NCBI RefSeq assembly: GCF_964213995.1 | Contig: NC_135820.1 | Span: 1,054,001 to 1,118,000 of the forward strand | From: Mustelus asterias | Taxonomy: Eukaryota | Reading direction: 5' to 3' | DNA: 64,000 nucleotides | Part shown: positions 11,731 through 24,274 of the stretch, piece by piece | Position numbering within the stretch: the stretch's first letter is position 1 | Layout: every line of letters begins with the position of its first letter | Translations under genes and position numbers: made by a program | The notes under the pieces: model-generated | What the model was told of the DNA's origin: nothing | The model's input: the letters and a program-made list of their open reading frames with translations, nothing else | Database searches by the model: none

Positions 11731-11812
11731 TCTGCTGGGAGTGTGAAGTTACAGGAACAGGAGGAAGCTTTATCTAATCACTCTCTCTCTTTCTTCCCTG
11801 TTTTTCACTCAG

Positions 11813-11931
11813 TGCATCTCAAAGAACAGTGTTCAGAAATGTTCACAAATATTGCTGCAGCAACCAACCTGAAGATGCCGTCCTTCCTCTTGTGTTTGCT
11901 GATGAGTTCCCCCTCACTCTTTGTGAACTAA
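11813..11931 (+). CDS. Terminal coding exon of B7-family gene, GPI-signal-like C-terminus
   Basis: Strong pyrimidine tract ending TTTTTCACTCAG, phase 1. (V)HLKEQCSEMFTNIAAATNLKMPSFLLCLLMSSPSLFVN-stop. Confidence 0.72.
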
Positions 11932-12177
11932 CTCACTCCCTCCTCAGCTGTGAGTGAGTCTGCACTGTGGGCAGTGCGTGGACACAGACTGGCACATGCC
12001 ACATCTCCCCCCACACCCCCCGTCTCCTCTCCCCCTGCCCCTTTGCTGAAACACCCTTGTGCATGCACATCATGGTCGAATAATCTCCCTGACAAGAGCC
12101 ATCTCGGTTCACACCAGAGTGTGGGGAGCTGAGCCACACATGGGGAGATTCGCATAGTGTGTGAGTGTGTGTGTGAG

Positions 12178-12453
12178 TTTTATTAGTGTCACAAGTAGAC
12201 TTATGTTAACACTAAAATGAAGTTACTGTGAAAATCCCCTAGTCGCCCAACTCCAGCGCCTGTTCGGGTAACACTGAGGGAGAGGTTAGCACGGCCAATG
12301 CACCGACCAGCACGTCTTTCTGTGGGAGGAAATCAGAGCACCCGGAGGAAACCCACGCAGACACGGAGAGAACGGGGAGACAGTGACCCAACCGGGAATT
12401 GAACCCGGGTTCCCTGGAGCTGTGAGGCAACAGCGCTAACCACTGTGCCACCC
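12178..12453 (-). mobile_element. V-SINE with type-B tail
   Basis: Head, partly deleted core, tail ending CTACTTGTGACACTAATAAA. Confidence 0.85.
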
Positions 12454-12484
12454 TGAGGGTTTGTGAGAGTGCAAGAGAGTGCGT

Positions 12485-12865
12485 GCGAGAGAGAGTGGGC
12501 GCGGGTGCGAGAGAGAGTGCGCGCGGGTGCCAGAGAGAGTGGGCGCAGGTGCGAGAGAGAGTGGGCGCGGGTGCGAGAGAGAGTGGGCGCGGGTGCGAGA
12601 GAGAGTGGGCGCAGGTGCGAGAGAGTGTGCGCGCAGGTGCGAGAGAGAGTGGGCGCGGGTGCGAGAGAGAGTGCGCGCGGGTGCGAGAGAGAGTGGGCGC
12701 AGGTGCGAGAGAGAGTGCGCGCGGGTGCGAGAGAGAGTGGGCACGGGTGCGAGAGAGAGTGGGCGTGGGTGCGAGAGAGAGTGGGCGCGGGTGCGAGAGA
12801 GAGTGGGCGCGGGTGCGAGAGAGAGTGGGCGCGGGTGCGAGAGAGAGTGCGCGCGGGTGCGAGAG
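12485..12865 (+). repeat. 22-bp CpG-rich minisatellite, about 17 copies
   Basis: Unit GCGAGAGAGAGTGGGCGCGGGT. Confidence 0.92.
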
Positions 12866-13789
12866 TGTGAGCGCATGCGAGAGAGAGTGTGTGTGACTGA
12901 GTGTTGGTGGGGGGGGTAAGTGATGAAATTCCTCTTGCATTCAGCGATCTCTGGACTGCGATGAATCCTGGACTTGCTCCGACTGCGCTGTCTGGGAACG
13001 CGGTCGCTCTCTGTCTTGCCGGGAGCTGGAAACGGTGACACCGCTCCGGGTGTGGGATAGCGTGCGATGCTTTTGATTCGAATTTGGATCAACAGTTACA
13101 AGTTGGAATGAATTTGAAATCGAATTGGGGGAATTTGACTCTGGCAGAGAGGCGGCGGCTACGTGAATGCGGGTTGTTGCTGCTGCTGAGGAGTCATGTT
13201 GAGCCTGGTTGCCGTGGTGACTGAGGAATGGGAGGACGTTCAGGAGATTGAGGGGGGGTTTTGTTCGGTTGGTGAAGCAGCCTGGAGGGAGCGGGCCTGA
13301 GCCCGAGGCTGGATTACAGCAGCCTGAGGCCGAGGCCCCAAACCAGAGCCTGTCGTCGAGTGGTGCTGATCTCCCGTCTGGAATATCGGGAAGAGACAAT
13401 GACCAGTTCTGGCATTCCCTCCACAGCGGAAACCACCCCCCCGCCCGGTGCGTGCACCTGCCCCCCGAACAGCAACAGAGCCACAGAGCTCAGTCCGGGC
13501 CTAGCAGAAATGCAGCTCCTGCCGAGGCCTCACCAACACCTGACAGAAACGCGAGGGAACGGACAAAACTATTGTGAAACTGCGGCCTCTGCCTCATTGG
13601 GAATGTCGGATTCACTGTTTTGAGACATATTAAACCACGATGATGAAGCATTGGGTGATTATTTCACATCCCACTGACATGGCATCAATGCTGAATTCTG
13701 GCTCACCAGCGCAGACTCAACCCGCTACACACCTCCCACCCTCCAAAACATCAGCATGTCCAAATCTCTGCATCTCCCCCCCCTCCCCC

Positions 13790-14710
13790 ACCATCTGTAA
13801 CCTCCCCCAGACCCTACACCCCTCCCTATCTCTGTAACCTCCTCCAGACCCTACACCCCTCCCTATCTCTGTAACCTCCTCCAGACCCTACACCCCTCCC
13901 TATCTCTGTAACCTCCTCCAGACCCTACACCCTTCCCTATCTCTGTAACCTCCTCCAGACCCTACACCCCTCCCTATCTCTGTAACCTCCTCCAGACCCT
14001 ACACCCCTCCCTATCTCTGTAACCTCCTCCAGACCCTACACCCTTCCCTATCTCTGTAACCTCCTCCAGACCCTACACCCCTCCCTATCTCTGTAACCTC
14101 CTCCAGACCCTACACCCCTCCCTATCTCTGTAACCTCCTCCAGACCCTACACCCTTCCCTATCTCTGTAACCTCCTCCAGACCCTACACCCCTCCCTATC
14201 TCTGTAACCTCCTCCAGCCCCTACACCCCTCCCTATCTCTGTAACCTCCTCCAGACCCTACAACCCTCCCTATCTCTGTAACCTCCTCCAGCCCCGACAA
14301 CCCTCCTTATCTCTGTAACCTCCTCCAGCCCCTACAGTCCTCCCTATCTCTGTAACCTCCTCCAGACCCTACACCCCTCCCTATCTCTGTAACCTCCTCC
14401 AGACCCTACATCCCTCCCTATCTCTGTAACCTCCTCCAGACCCTACACCCCTCCCCATCTCTGTAACCTCCTCCAGACCCTACAACCCTCCCTATCTCTG
14501 TAACCTTCTCCAGACCCAACACCCCTCCCTATCTCTGTAACCTCCTCCAGCCTCTACAACCCTTCCTATCTCTGTAACCTCCTCCAGCCCCGACAACCCT
14601 CCTTATCTCTGTAACCTCCTCCAGCCCCTACAATCCTCCCTATCTCTGTAACCTCCTCCAGTGCCGACACCCCTCCCTATCTCTGTAACCTCCTCCAGCC
14701 CCTACACCCC
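13790..14710 (+). repeat. 37-bp minisatellite, about 25 copies
   Basis: Unit ATCTCTGTAACCTCCTCCAGACCCTACACCCCTCCCT; starts at 13828 and 13865. Confidence 0.95.
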
Positions 14711-14850
14711 TCCGAGATCTCTGCGCTCCTCCAATTCCGGCCTCTTGAGCATTCCCCGATTCCCATCGCTCCACCATTGGCGGCCGTGCCTTCAGCTGCC
14801 TCGGGGTGGCCCTCAGCTCTGGAATTCCCTCCCTAAACCTCTCCACTTCT
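14675..14850 (+). mobile_element. L2 LINE ORF2 C-terminal remnant
   Basis: PPRSLRSSNSGLLSIP...TIGGRAFSC...LWNSLPKPL, the typical L2 ORF2 end. Confidence 0.75.
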
Positions 14851-14931
14851 CTTTCTGTCTTTCTCCCTTGCTCTGTTTTTCTCTCCCTCTTCCTCCCTCT
14901 CCGTGTCCCTCCCTCCCTCTCCCTCCCTCTC

Positions 14932-15223
14932 TGTGGTGAACCATCGTTGGTTCCCACTGGATAGTACTGAGCCAGGGTCTGGCCAGTACTACAAGGATGT
15001 ACATATGTTGCTGTTGGGTTAGGGATGGGTTGTTACACCTTTGTACTGTAGTGTTGTGGCACATCCCAGTTAGGCTCCGCCTCCTGGGAGAGGTATAAAG
15101 GTCCCTGCTCTGGCTGGGACCCCTCAGCCTGGGATCGTGTATATAATTGTTGGCTGCTTCGTTACAGCAAATAAAAGCCTTTATTTCCTGAGCATCGAGC
15201 CTCGTGTATGATAACGCGCATCA
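14932..15223 (+). mobile_element. Probable solo LTR (292 bp)
   Basis: TG...CA ends, TATAAA near 15093, AATAAA 15170-15175. Left flank CTCTC; right flank CTC then gap, compatible with a 5-bp TSD. Confidence 0.65.
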
Positions 15224-15226
15224 CTC

Positions 15227-15938
15227 NNNNNNNNNNNNNNNNNNNNNNNNNNNNNNNNNNNNNNNNNNNNNNNNNNNNNNNNNNNNNNNNNNNNNNNNNN
15301 NNNNNNNNNNNNNNNNNNNNNNNNNNNNNNNNNNNNNNNNNNNNNNNNNNNNNNNNNNNNNNNNNNNNNNNNNNNNNNNNNNNNNNNNNNNNNNNNNNNN
15401 NNNNNNNNNNNNNNNNNNNNNNNNNNNNNNNNNNNNNNNNNNNNNNNNNNNNNNNNNNNNNNNNNNNNNNNNNNNNNNNNNNNNNNNNNNNNNNNNNNNN
15501 NNNNNNNNNNNNNNNNNNNNNNNNNNNNNNNNNNNNNNNNNNNNNNNNNNNNNNNNNNNNNNNNNNNNNNNNNNNNNNNNNNNNNNNNNNNNNNNNNNNN
15601 NNNNNNNNNNNNNNNNNNNNNNNNNNNNNNNNNNNNNNNNNNNNNNNNNNNNNNNNNNNNNNNNNNNNNNNNNNNNNNNNNNNNNNNNNNNNNNNNNNNN
15701 NNNNNNNNNNNNNNNNNNNNNNNNNNNNNNNNNNNNNNNNNNNNNNNNNNNNNNNNNNNNNNNNNNNNNNNNNNNNNNNNNNNNNNNNNNNNNNNNNNNN
15801 NNNNNNNNNNNNNNNNNNNNNNNNNNNNNNNNNNNNNNNNNNNNNNNNNNNNNNNNNNNNNNNNNNNNNNNNNNNNNNNNNNNNNNNNNNNNNNNNNNNN
15901 NNNNNNNNNNNNNNNNNNNNNNNNNNNNNNNNNNNNNN
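15227..15938. other. Assembly gap, 712 N
   Basis: Run of N. Confidence 1.
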
Positions 15939-17859
15939 CCACTCGATCACGATTGTAGCCACACTGAGTTCCAGTGAAGCAGCCTGGTACAAATCACAGA
16001 TGTTAAAGGTGCTATGTCAATGCAATCTGTTGTTGTTGATATGCTGTGGACAGTCAGAATGCAGAGAGACAGGAGCCATAACTGCAGCCTCTCAAAATTA
16101 TTACTGGCTGACATTCCAAAAATCCAAGCAAACGCCATTCCGATTCGCTGCTCAAATTCACCCATCCTGAATTCCAGGAGGCAGGAATGTTCAATAAAAA
16201 CAGAACATGACTTCACATCAGCAACACAAGATATTGGGGAAGGAAACTCAACACTGTCCCCATCAAACACTCCCAGGACAGGTACAGCACGGGGTTAGAG
16301 ACAGAGTAAAGCTCCCTCTACACTGTCCCCCATCAAATACTCCCAGGACAGGTACAGCACGGGGTTAGATACAGAGTAAAGCTCCCTCTACACTGTCCCC
16401 ATCAAACACTTCCAGGACAGGTACAGCACGGGGTTAGATACAGAGTAAAGCTCTCTCTACACTGTCCCCATCAAACACTCCCAGGACAGGTACAGCACGG
16501 GGTTAGATACAGAGTAAAGCTCCCTCTACACTGTCCCCCATCAATCACTCCCAGGACAGGTACAGCGCGGGCTTAGATACAGAGTAAAGCTCCCTCGACA
16601 CTGTCCCCATCAAACACTCCCAGGACATGGACAGCACGGGGGTGGATACAGAGTAAAGCTCCCTCTACACTGTCCCCATCAAACACTCCCAGGACAGGAA
16701 CAGCACGGGGGTGGATACAGAGTAAAGCTCCCTCTACACTGTCCCCCATCAAACACTCCCAGGACAGGTACAGCACGGGGTTAGATACAGAGTAAAGCTC
16801 CCTCTACACTGTCCCCATCAAACACTCCCAGGACAGGTACAGCACAGGGTTAGATAGAGAGAAAGCTCCCTCTACACTGTCCCCCATCAAACACTCCCAG
16901 GACAGGTACAGCACGGGGTTAGATAGAGAGAAAGCTCCCTCTACACTGTCCCCATCAAACACTTCCAGGACAGGTACAGCACGGGGTTAGATAAAGGGTA
17001 AAGCGCCCTCTACACTGTCCTCATCAAACACTCCCAGGATAGGTACAGCAACACGTTAGATACAGAGTAAACTCCCTCCACACGGTCCCCATCAAACACT
17101 CCCAGGACAGGTACAGCACGGGGTTAGATACAGAGTAAATCTCCCTCTACACTGTCCTCATCAAACACTCCCAGGACAGGTACAGCACGGGGTTAGATAC
17201 AGAGTAAAGCTCCCTCTACACTGTCCCCATCAAACACTCCCAGGACAGGTACAGCACAGGGTTAGATAGAGAGAAAGCTCCCTCTACACTGTCCCCCATC
17301 AAACACTCCCGGGACAGGTACAGTACGCGGTTAGATACAGAGTAAAGCTCCCTCTACACTGTCCTCATCCAACACTCCCAGGACAGGTACAGCACGGGGT
17401 TAGATACAGAGTGAAGCTCCCTCTACACAGTCCCCCATCAAACACTCCCAGGACAGGTACAGCACAGGGTTAGATAGAGAGAAAGCTCCCTCTACACTGT
17501 CCCCATCAAACACTCCCAGGACAGGTACAGCACGGGGTTAGATAAAGGGTAAAGCGCCCTCTACACTGTCCCCCATCAAACACTCCCAGGATAGGTACAG
17601 CAACACGTTAGATACAGAGTAAACTCCCTCCACACGGTCCCCATCAAACACTCCCGGGACAGGTACAGCACGGGGTTAGATACAGAGTAAAGCTCCCTCG
17701 AAACTGTCCACCATCAAACACTCCCAGGACAGGTACAGCACGGGATTCGATACAGAGTAAAGCTCCCTCTACACTGTCCCCATCAAACACTCCCAGGACA
17801 GGTACAGCACGGGATTCGATACAGAGTAAAGCTCCCTCTACACTGTCCCCATCAAACAC

Positions 17860-18881
17860 GATGTGGAGATGCCGGCGTTGGACTGGGGTGAACACAGTAA
17901 GAAGTCTCACAACACCAGGTTACACGGGACACGGTGGACAGAGTACCCTTCGTCGTCCAGTACTTCCCCGGAGCGGAGAAGCTACGGCATCTCCTCCGGA
18001 GCCTTCAACATATCATTGATGAAGACGAACATCTCGCCAAGGCCATCCCCACACCCCCACTTCTTGCCTTCAAACAACCGCACAACCTCAAACAGACCAT
18101 TGTCCGCAGCAAACTACCCAGCCTTCAGGAGAACAGTGACCACAACACCACACAACCCTGCCACAGCAACCTCTGCAAGACGTGCCGGATCATCAACACG
18201 GATGCCATCATCTCACGTGAGAACACCATCTACCAGGTACATGGTACCTACTCTTGCAACTCGGCCAACGTTGTCTACCTGATACGCTGCAAGAAAGGAT
18301 GTCCCGAGGCATGGTACATTGGGGAAACCATGCAGACGCTACGACAACGGATGAATGAACACCGCTTGACAATCACCAGGCAAGACTGTTCTCTTCCTGT
18401 GGGGGAACACTTCAGCAGTCACGGGCATTCAGCCTTGGATCTTCAGGTAAGCGTTCTCCAAGGCGGCCTTCACGACACACGACAGCGCAGAGTCACTGAG
18501 CAGAAACTGATAGCCAAGTTTCGCACACATGAGGACGGCCTAAACCGGGATGTTGGATTTATGTCACACTATCAGTAACCCCCACAGCTTGACTCCTGGA
18601 CTTACACAATTTCATAAGCTGTACTGTCTGGAGACAATACACATCTCTTTAACCTGTGTTGAATGCTCCCTCCACCCACATTGTCTGTGCATTTAAGACC
18701 TGGCTGGCTGTAGAGATTTGCATTCTAATCAGTATTCTGTAATTTGATTTCTGTGTCTGTGCCCTGTTTGAGAACAGAGACCACTCCATCTGACGAAGGA
18801 GCAGTGCTCCGAAAGCTTATGGTATTTGCTACCAAATAAACCTCTTGGACTTTAACCTGGTGTTGTGAGACTTCTTACTGT
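17860..18881 (+). mobile_element. Penelope-like (probably Neptune-clade) fragment, copy 1: inverted pLTR end, GIY-YIG endonuclease frame 17934-18578, pLTR
   Basis: Cys-rich linker PCHSNLCKTC, NVVYLIRC...WYIGET, RMNEH, GEHF, GLN. Inverted 29-mer ACAGTAAGAAGTCTCACAACACCAGGTTA. CCCATCAAACAC duplicated at both ends. Confidence 0.92.
18786..18822 (+). ncRNA. Minimal hammerhead ribozyme motif, copy 1
   Basis: CCAT-CTGACGA-A-GGAGC-AGT-GCTCC-GAAA-GC-TT-ATGG. Confidence 0.7.
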
Positions 18882-21800
18882 CCCATCAAACACTCCCAGG
18901 ACAGGTATAGCATGGGGTTAGATACAGAGTAAAGCTCCCTCTACACTGTCCCCATCAAACACTCCCAGGACAGGTACAGCACGGCGTGAGATACAGGGTG
19001 AAGCTCCCGCTACACTGTCCCCATCAAACACTCCCGGGACAGGTACAGCACGGGATTAGATACAGAGTAAAGCTCCCTCTACACTGTCCTCATCAAACAC
19101 TCCCAGGACAGGTACAGCACAGGGTTAGATAGAGAGTAAAGCTCCCTCTACACTGTCCCCATCAAACAATCCCAGGACAGGTACAGCACGGGGTTAGATA
19201 AAGGGTAAAGCTCCCTCTACACTGTCCCCCATCAAACACTCCCAGGATAGGTACAGCAACACGTTAGATACAGAGTAAACTCCCTCCACACGGTCCCCAT
19301 CAAACACTCCCAGGATCGGTACAGCACGGGGTTAGATACAGAGTAAATCTCCCTCGAAACTGTCCACCATCAAACACTCCCAGGACAGGTACAGCACGGG
19401 ATTAGATACAGAGTAAAGCTCCCTCTACACTGTCCCCACCAAACACTCCCAGGACAGGTATAGCATGGGGTTAGATACAGAGTAAAGCTCCCTCTACACT
19501 GTCCCCATCAAACACTCCCAGGACAGGTACAGCACGGCGTAAGATACAGGGTAAAGCTCCCTCTACACTGTCCCCATCAAACACTCCCGGGACAGGTACA
19601 GCACGGTATTAGATACAGAGTAAAGCTCCCTCTACACTGACCTCATCAAACACTCCCAGGACAGGTACAGCACGGGGTTAGATAGAGAGTGAAGCTCCCT
19701 CTACACTGTCCCCATCGAACACTCCCAGGACAAGTACCACACGGGGTTAGATACAGAGTAAAGCTCCCTCTACACTGTCCCTATCAAAAACTCCCAGGAC
19801 AGGTACAGAATGGGGTTAGATACAGAGTAAAGCGCCCTCCACACTGTCCCCCATCAAATACTCCCAGGACAGTTACAGCACGGGGTTAGATGCAGAGTAA
19901 ATCTCCCTCTACACTGTCCCCATCAAACACTCCCGGGACAGGTACGGCACGGGATTAGATAGAGAGTGAAGCTCCCTCTACACTGTCCCCATCAAACACT
20001 TCCAGGACAGGAACAGCACGGGGGTTAGATACAGAGTAAAGCTCCCTCTACACTGTCCCCCATCAAACACTCCCAGGACCGGTACAGCGCGGGGTTAGAT
20101 ACAGAGTAAAGCTCCCTCTACACTGTCCCCATCAAACACTCCCGGGACAGGTACGGCACGGGATTAGATAGAGAGTGAAGCTCCCTCTACACTGTCCCCA
20201 TCAAACACTCCCAGGACAGGTACAGCACGGGGTTAGATACAGAGTAAAGCTCCCTCTACACTGTCCTCATCAAACACTCCCGGGACAGGTACAGCACGGG
20301 GTTAGATAGAGAGTGAAGCTCCCTCTACACTGTCCCCATCGAACACTCCCAGGACAAGTACCACACGGGGTTAGATACAGAGTAAAGCTCCCTCTACACT
20401 GTCCCTATCAAAAACTCCCAGGACAGGTACAGAATGGGGTTAGATACAGAGTAAAGCGCCCTCCACACTGTCCCCCATCAAATACTCCCAGGACAGTTAC
20501 AGCACGGGGTTAGATGCAGAGTAAATCTCCCTCTACACTGTCCCCCATCAAACACTCCCTTTACAGGTACAGCGCGGGGTTAGATACAGAGTAAAGCTCC
20601 CTCTACACTGTCCCCATCAAACACTCCCGGGACAGGTACGGCACGGGATTAGATAGAGAGTGAAGCTCCCTCTACACTGTCCCCATCAAACACTTCCAGG
20701 ACAGGAACAGCACGGGGGTTAGATACAGAGAAAAGCTCCCTCTACACTGTCCCCCATCAAACACTCCCAGGACAGGTACAGCGCGGGGTTAGATACAGAG
20801 TAAAGCTCCCTCTACACTGTCCCCATCAAACACTCCCGGGACAGGTACGGCACGGGATTAGATAGAGAGTGAAGCTCCCTCTGCACTGTCCCCATCAAAC
20901 ACTCCCAGGACAGGTACAGCACGGGGTTAGATACAGAGTAAAGCTCCCTCTACACTGTCCTCATCAAACACTCCCGGGACAGGTACAGCACGGGGTTAGA
21001 TACAGAGTAAAGCTCTCTCTACACTGTCCCCATCAAACACTCCCAGGACAGGTACAGCACGGGGTTAGATACAGAGTAAAGCTCCCTCGACACTGTCCCC
21101 ATCAAACACTTCCAGGACATGGACAGCACGGGGGTGGATACAGAGTAAAGCTCCCTCTACACTGTCCCCATCAAACACTCCCAGGACAGGAACAGCACGG
21201 GGGTGGATACAGATTAAAGCTCCCTCTACACTGTCCCCCATCATACACTCCCAGGACAGGTACAGCACGGGGTTAGATACAGAGTAAAGCGCCCTCCACA
21301 CTGTCCCCCATCAAATACTCCCAGGACAGTTACAGCACGGGGTTAGATGCAGAGTAAATCTCCCTCTACACTGTCCCCCATCAAACACTCCCAGGACAGG
21401 TACAGCGCGGGGTTAGATGCAGAGTAAAGCTCCCTCTACACTGTCCCCATCAAACACTTCCGGGACAGGTACGGCACGGGATTAGATAGAGAGTGAAGCT
21501 CCCTCTACACTGTCCCCATCAAACACTTCCAGGACAGGAACAGCACGGGGGTTAGATACAGAGTAAAGCTCCTTCTACACTGTCCCCCATCAAACACTCC
21601 CAGGACCGGTACAGCGCGGGGTTAGATACAGAGTAAAGCTCCCTCTACACTGTCCCCATCAAACACTCCGGGGACAGATACGGCACGGGATTAGATAGAG
21701 AGTGAAGCTCCCTCTACACTGTCCCCATCAACACTCCCAGGACAGGTACAGCACGGGGTTAGATACAGAGTAAAGCTCCCTCTACACTGTCCTCATCAAA

Positions 21801-23252
21801 CACTCCCGGGACAGGTACAGCACGGGGTTAGATACAGAGTAAAGCTCTCTCTACACTGTCCCCATCAAACACTCCCAGGACAGGTACAGCACGGGGTCAG
21901 ATACAGAGTAAAGCTCCCTCTACACTGTCCCCCATCAATCACTCCCAGGACAGGTACAGCGCGGGCTTAGATACAGAGTAAAGCTCCCTCGACACTGTCC
22001 CCATCAAACACTTCCAGGACATGGACAGCACGGGGGTGGATACAGAGTAAAGCTCCCTCTACACTGTCCCCATCAAACACTCCCAGGACAGGAACAGCAC
22101 GGGGGTGGATACAGATTAAAGCTCCCTCTACACTGTCCCCCATCATACACTCCCAGGACAGGTACAGCACGGGGTTAGATACAGAGTAAAGCTCCCTCTA
22201 CACTGTCCCCATCAAACACTCCCAGGACAGGTACAGCACAGGTTTGATAGAGAGAAAGCTCCCTCTACACTGTCCCCCATCAAACACTCCCAGGACAGGT
22301 ACAGCACGGGGTTAGATACAGAGTGAAGCTCCCTCTACACTGTCCCCCATCAAACACTCCCAGGACAGGTACAGCACAGGGTTAGATAGAGAGAAAGCTC
22401 CCTCTACACTGTCCCCATCAAACACTTCCAGGACAGGTACAGCACGGGGTTAGATAAAGGGTAAAGCGCCCTCTGCACTGTCCTCATCAAACACTCCCAG
22501 GATAGGTACAGCAACACGTTAGATACAGAGTAAACTCCCTCCACACTGTCCCCATCAAACACTCCCAGGACAGGTACAGCACAGGGTTAGATAGAGAGAA
22601 AGCTCCCTCTACACTGTCCCCCATCAAACACTCCCAGGACAGGTACAGCACGCGGTTAGATACAGAGTAAAGCTCCCTCTACACTGTCCTCATCAAACAC
22701 TCCCAGGACAGGTACAGCACGGGGTTAGATACAGAGTAAAGCTCCCTCTACACTGTCCCCATCAAACACTCCCAGGACAGGTACAGCACAGGGTTAGATA
22801 GAGAGAAAGCTCCCTCTACACTGTCCCCCATCAAACACTCCCAGGACAGGTACAGCACAGGGTTAGATAGAGAGAAAGCTCCCTCTACACTGTCCCCATC
22901 AAACACTCCCAGGACAGGTACAGCACGGGGTTAGATAAAGGGTAAAGCGCCCTCTACACTGTCCCCCATCAAACACTCCCAGGATAGGTACAGCAACACG
23001 TTAGATACAGAGTAAACTCCCTCCACATGGTCCCCATCAAACACTCCCGGGACAGGTACAGCACGGGGTTAGATACAGAGTAAAGCTCCCTCGAAACTGT
23101 CCACCATCAAACACTCCCAGGACAGGTACAGCACGGGATTCGATACAGAGTAAAGCTCCCTCTACACTGTCCCCATCAAACACTCCCAGGACAGGTACAG
23201 CACGGGATTCGATACAGAGTAAAGATCCCTCTACATTGTCCCCATCAAACAC

Positions 23253-24274
23253 GATGTGGAGATGCCGGCGTTGGACTGGGGTAAGCACAGTAAGAAGTCT
23301 CACAACACCAGGTTACACGGGACACGGTGGACAGAGTACCCTTCGTCGTCCAGTACTTCCCCGGAGCGGAGAAGCTACGGCATCTCCTCCGGAGCCTTCA
23401 ACATGTCATTGATGAAGACGAACATCTCGCCAAGGCCATCCCCACACCCCCACTTCTTGCCTTCAAACAACCGCACAACCTCAAACAGACCATTGTCCGC
23501 AGCAAACTACCCAGCCTTCAGGAGAACAGTGACCACAACACCACACAACCCTGCCACAGCAACCTCTGCAAGACGTGCCGGATCATCAACACGGATGCCA
23601 TCATCTCACGTGAGAACACCATCTACCAGGTACATGGTACCTACTCTTGCAACTCGACCAACGTTGTCTACCTGATACGCTGCAAGAAAGGATGTCCCGA
23701 GGCATGGTACATTGGGGAAACCATGCAGACGCTACGACAACGGATGAATGAACACCGCTCGACAATCACCAGGCAAGACTGTGTTCTTCCTGTGGGGGAG
23801 CACTTCAGCAGTCACGGGCATTCAGCCTTGGATCTTCAGGTAAGCGTTCTCCAAGGCGGCCTTCACGACACACGACAGCGCAGAGTCACTGAGCAGAAAC
23901 TGATAGCCAAGTTTCGCACACATGAGGACGGCCTAAACCGGGATGTTGGATTTATGTCACACTATCAGTAACCCCCACAGCTTGACTCCTGGACTTACAC
24001 AATTTCACAAGCTGTACTGTCTGGAGACAATACACATCTCTTTAACCTGTGTTGAATGCTCCCTCCACCCACATTGTCTGTGCATTTAAGACCTGGCTGG
24101 CTGTAGAGATTTGCATTCTAATCAGTATTCTGTAATTTGATTTCTGTGTCTGTGCCCTGTTTGAGAACAGAGACCACTCCATCTGACGAAGGAGCATTGC
24201 TCCGAAAGCTTATGGTATTTGCTACCAAATAAACCTCTTGGACTTTAACCTGGTGTTGTGAGACTTCTTACTGT
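23253..24274 (+). mobile_element. Penelope-like fragment copy 2 (hammerhead 24179-24215)
   Basis: Same junctions as copy 1; open frame 23327-23971. Confidence 0.92.

Noticed and set aside
10111-11812. 606-aa, 526-aa and 367-aa ORFs (RECRTVRGSVL, HSLSTDPLTVR repeats) and equivalents at 45.8-50.5 kb
   Set aside because: Artefacts of a 33-bp unit that is a multiple of 3 and open in several frames on both strands. Only 11813-11931 behaves as an exon.
15162-16170. ORFs spanning the N run
   Set aside because: Gap artefacts.
15947-16170. Minus-strand hydrophobic peptide RLQLWLLSLCILTVHSIST as a leader exon
   Set aside because: Overlaps an L2/SINE-type tail (TTAAAGGTGCTATGTCAATGCAATCTGTTGTTGTTG), and no suitable donor was seen.
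17863-18282. 139-aa overlapping ORF MEMPALDWG and the 88-aa antisense ORF in each cassette
   Set aside because: Alternative frames crossing the inverted-pLTR junction, low complexity, no motifs; conserved only because the cassettes are recent duplicates.
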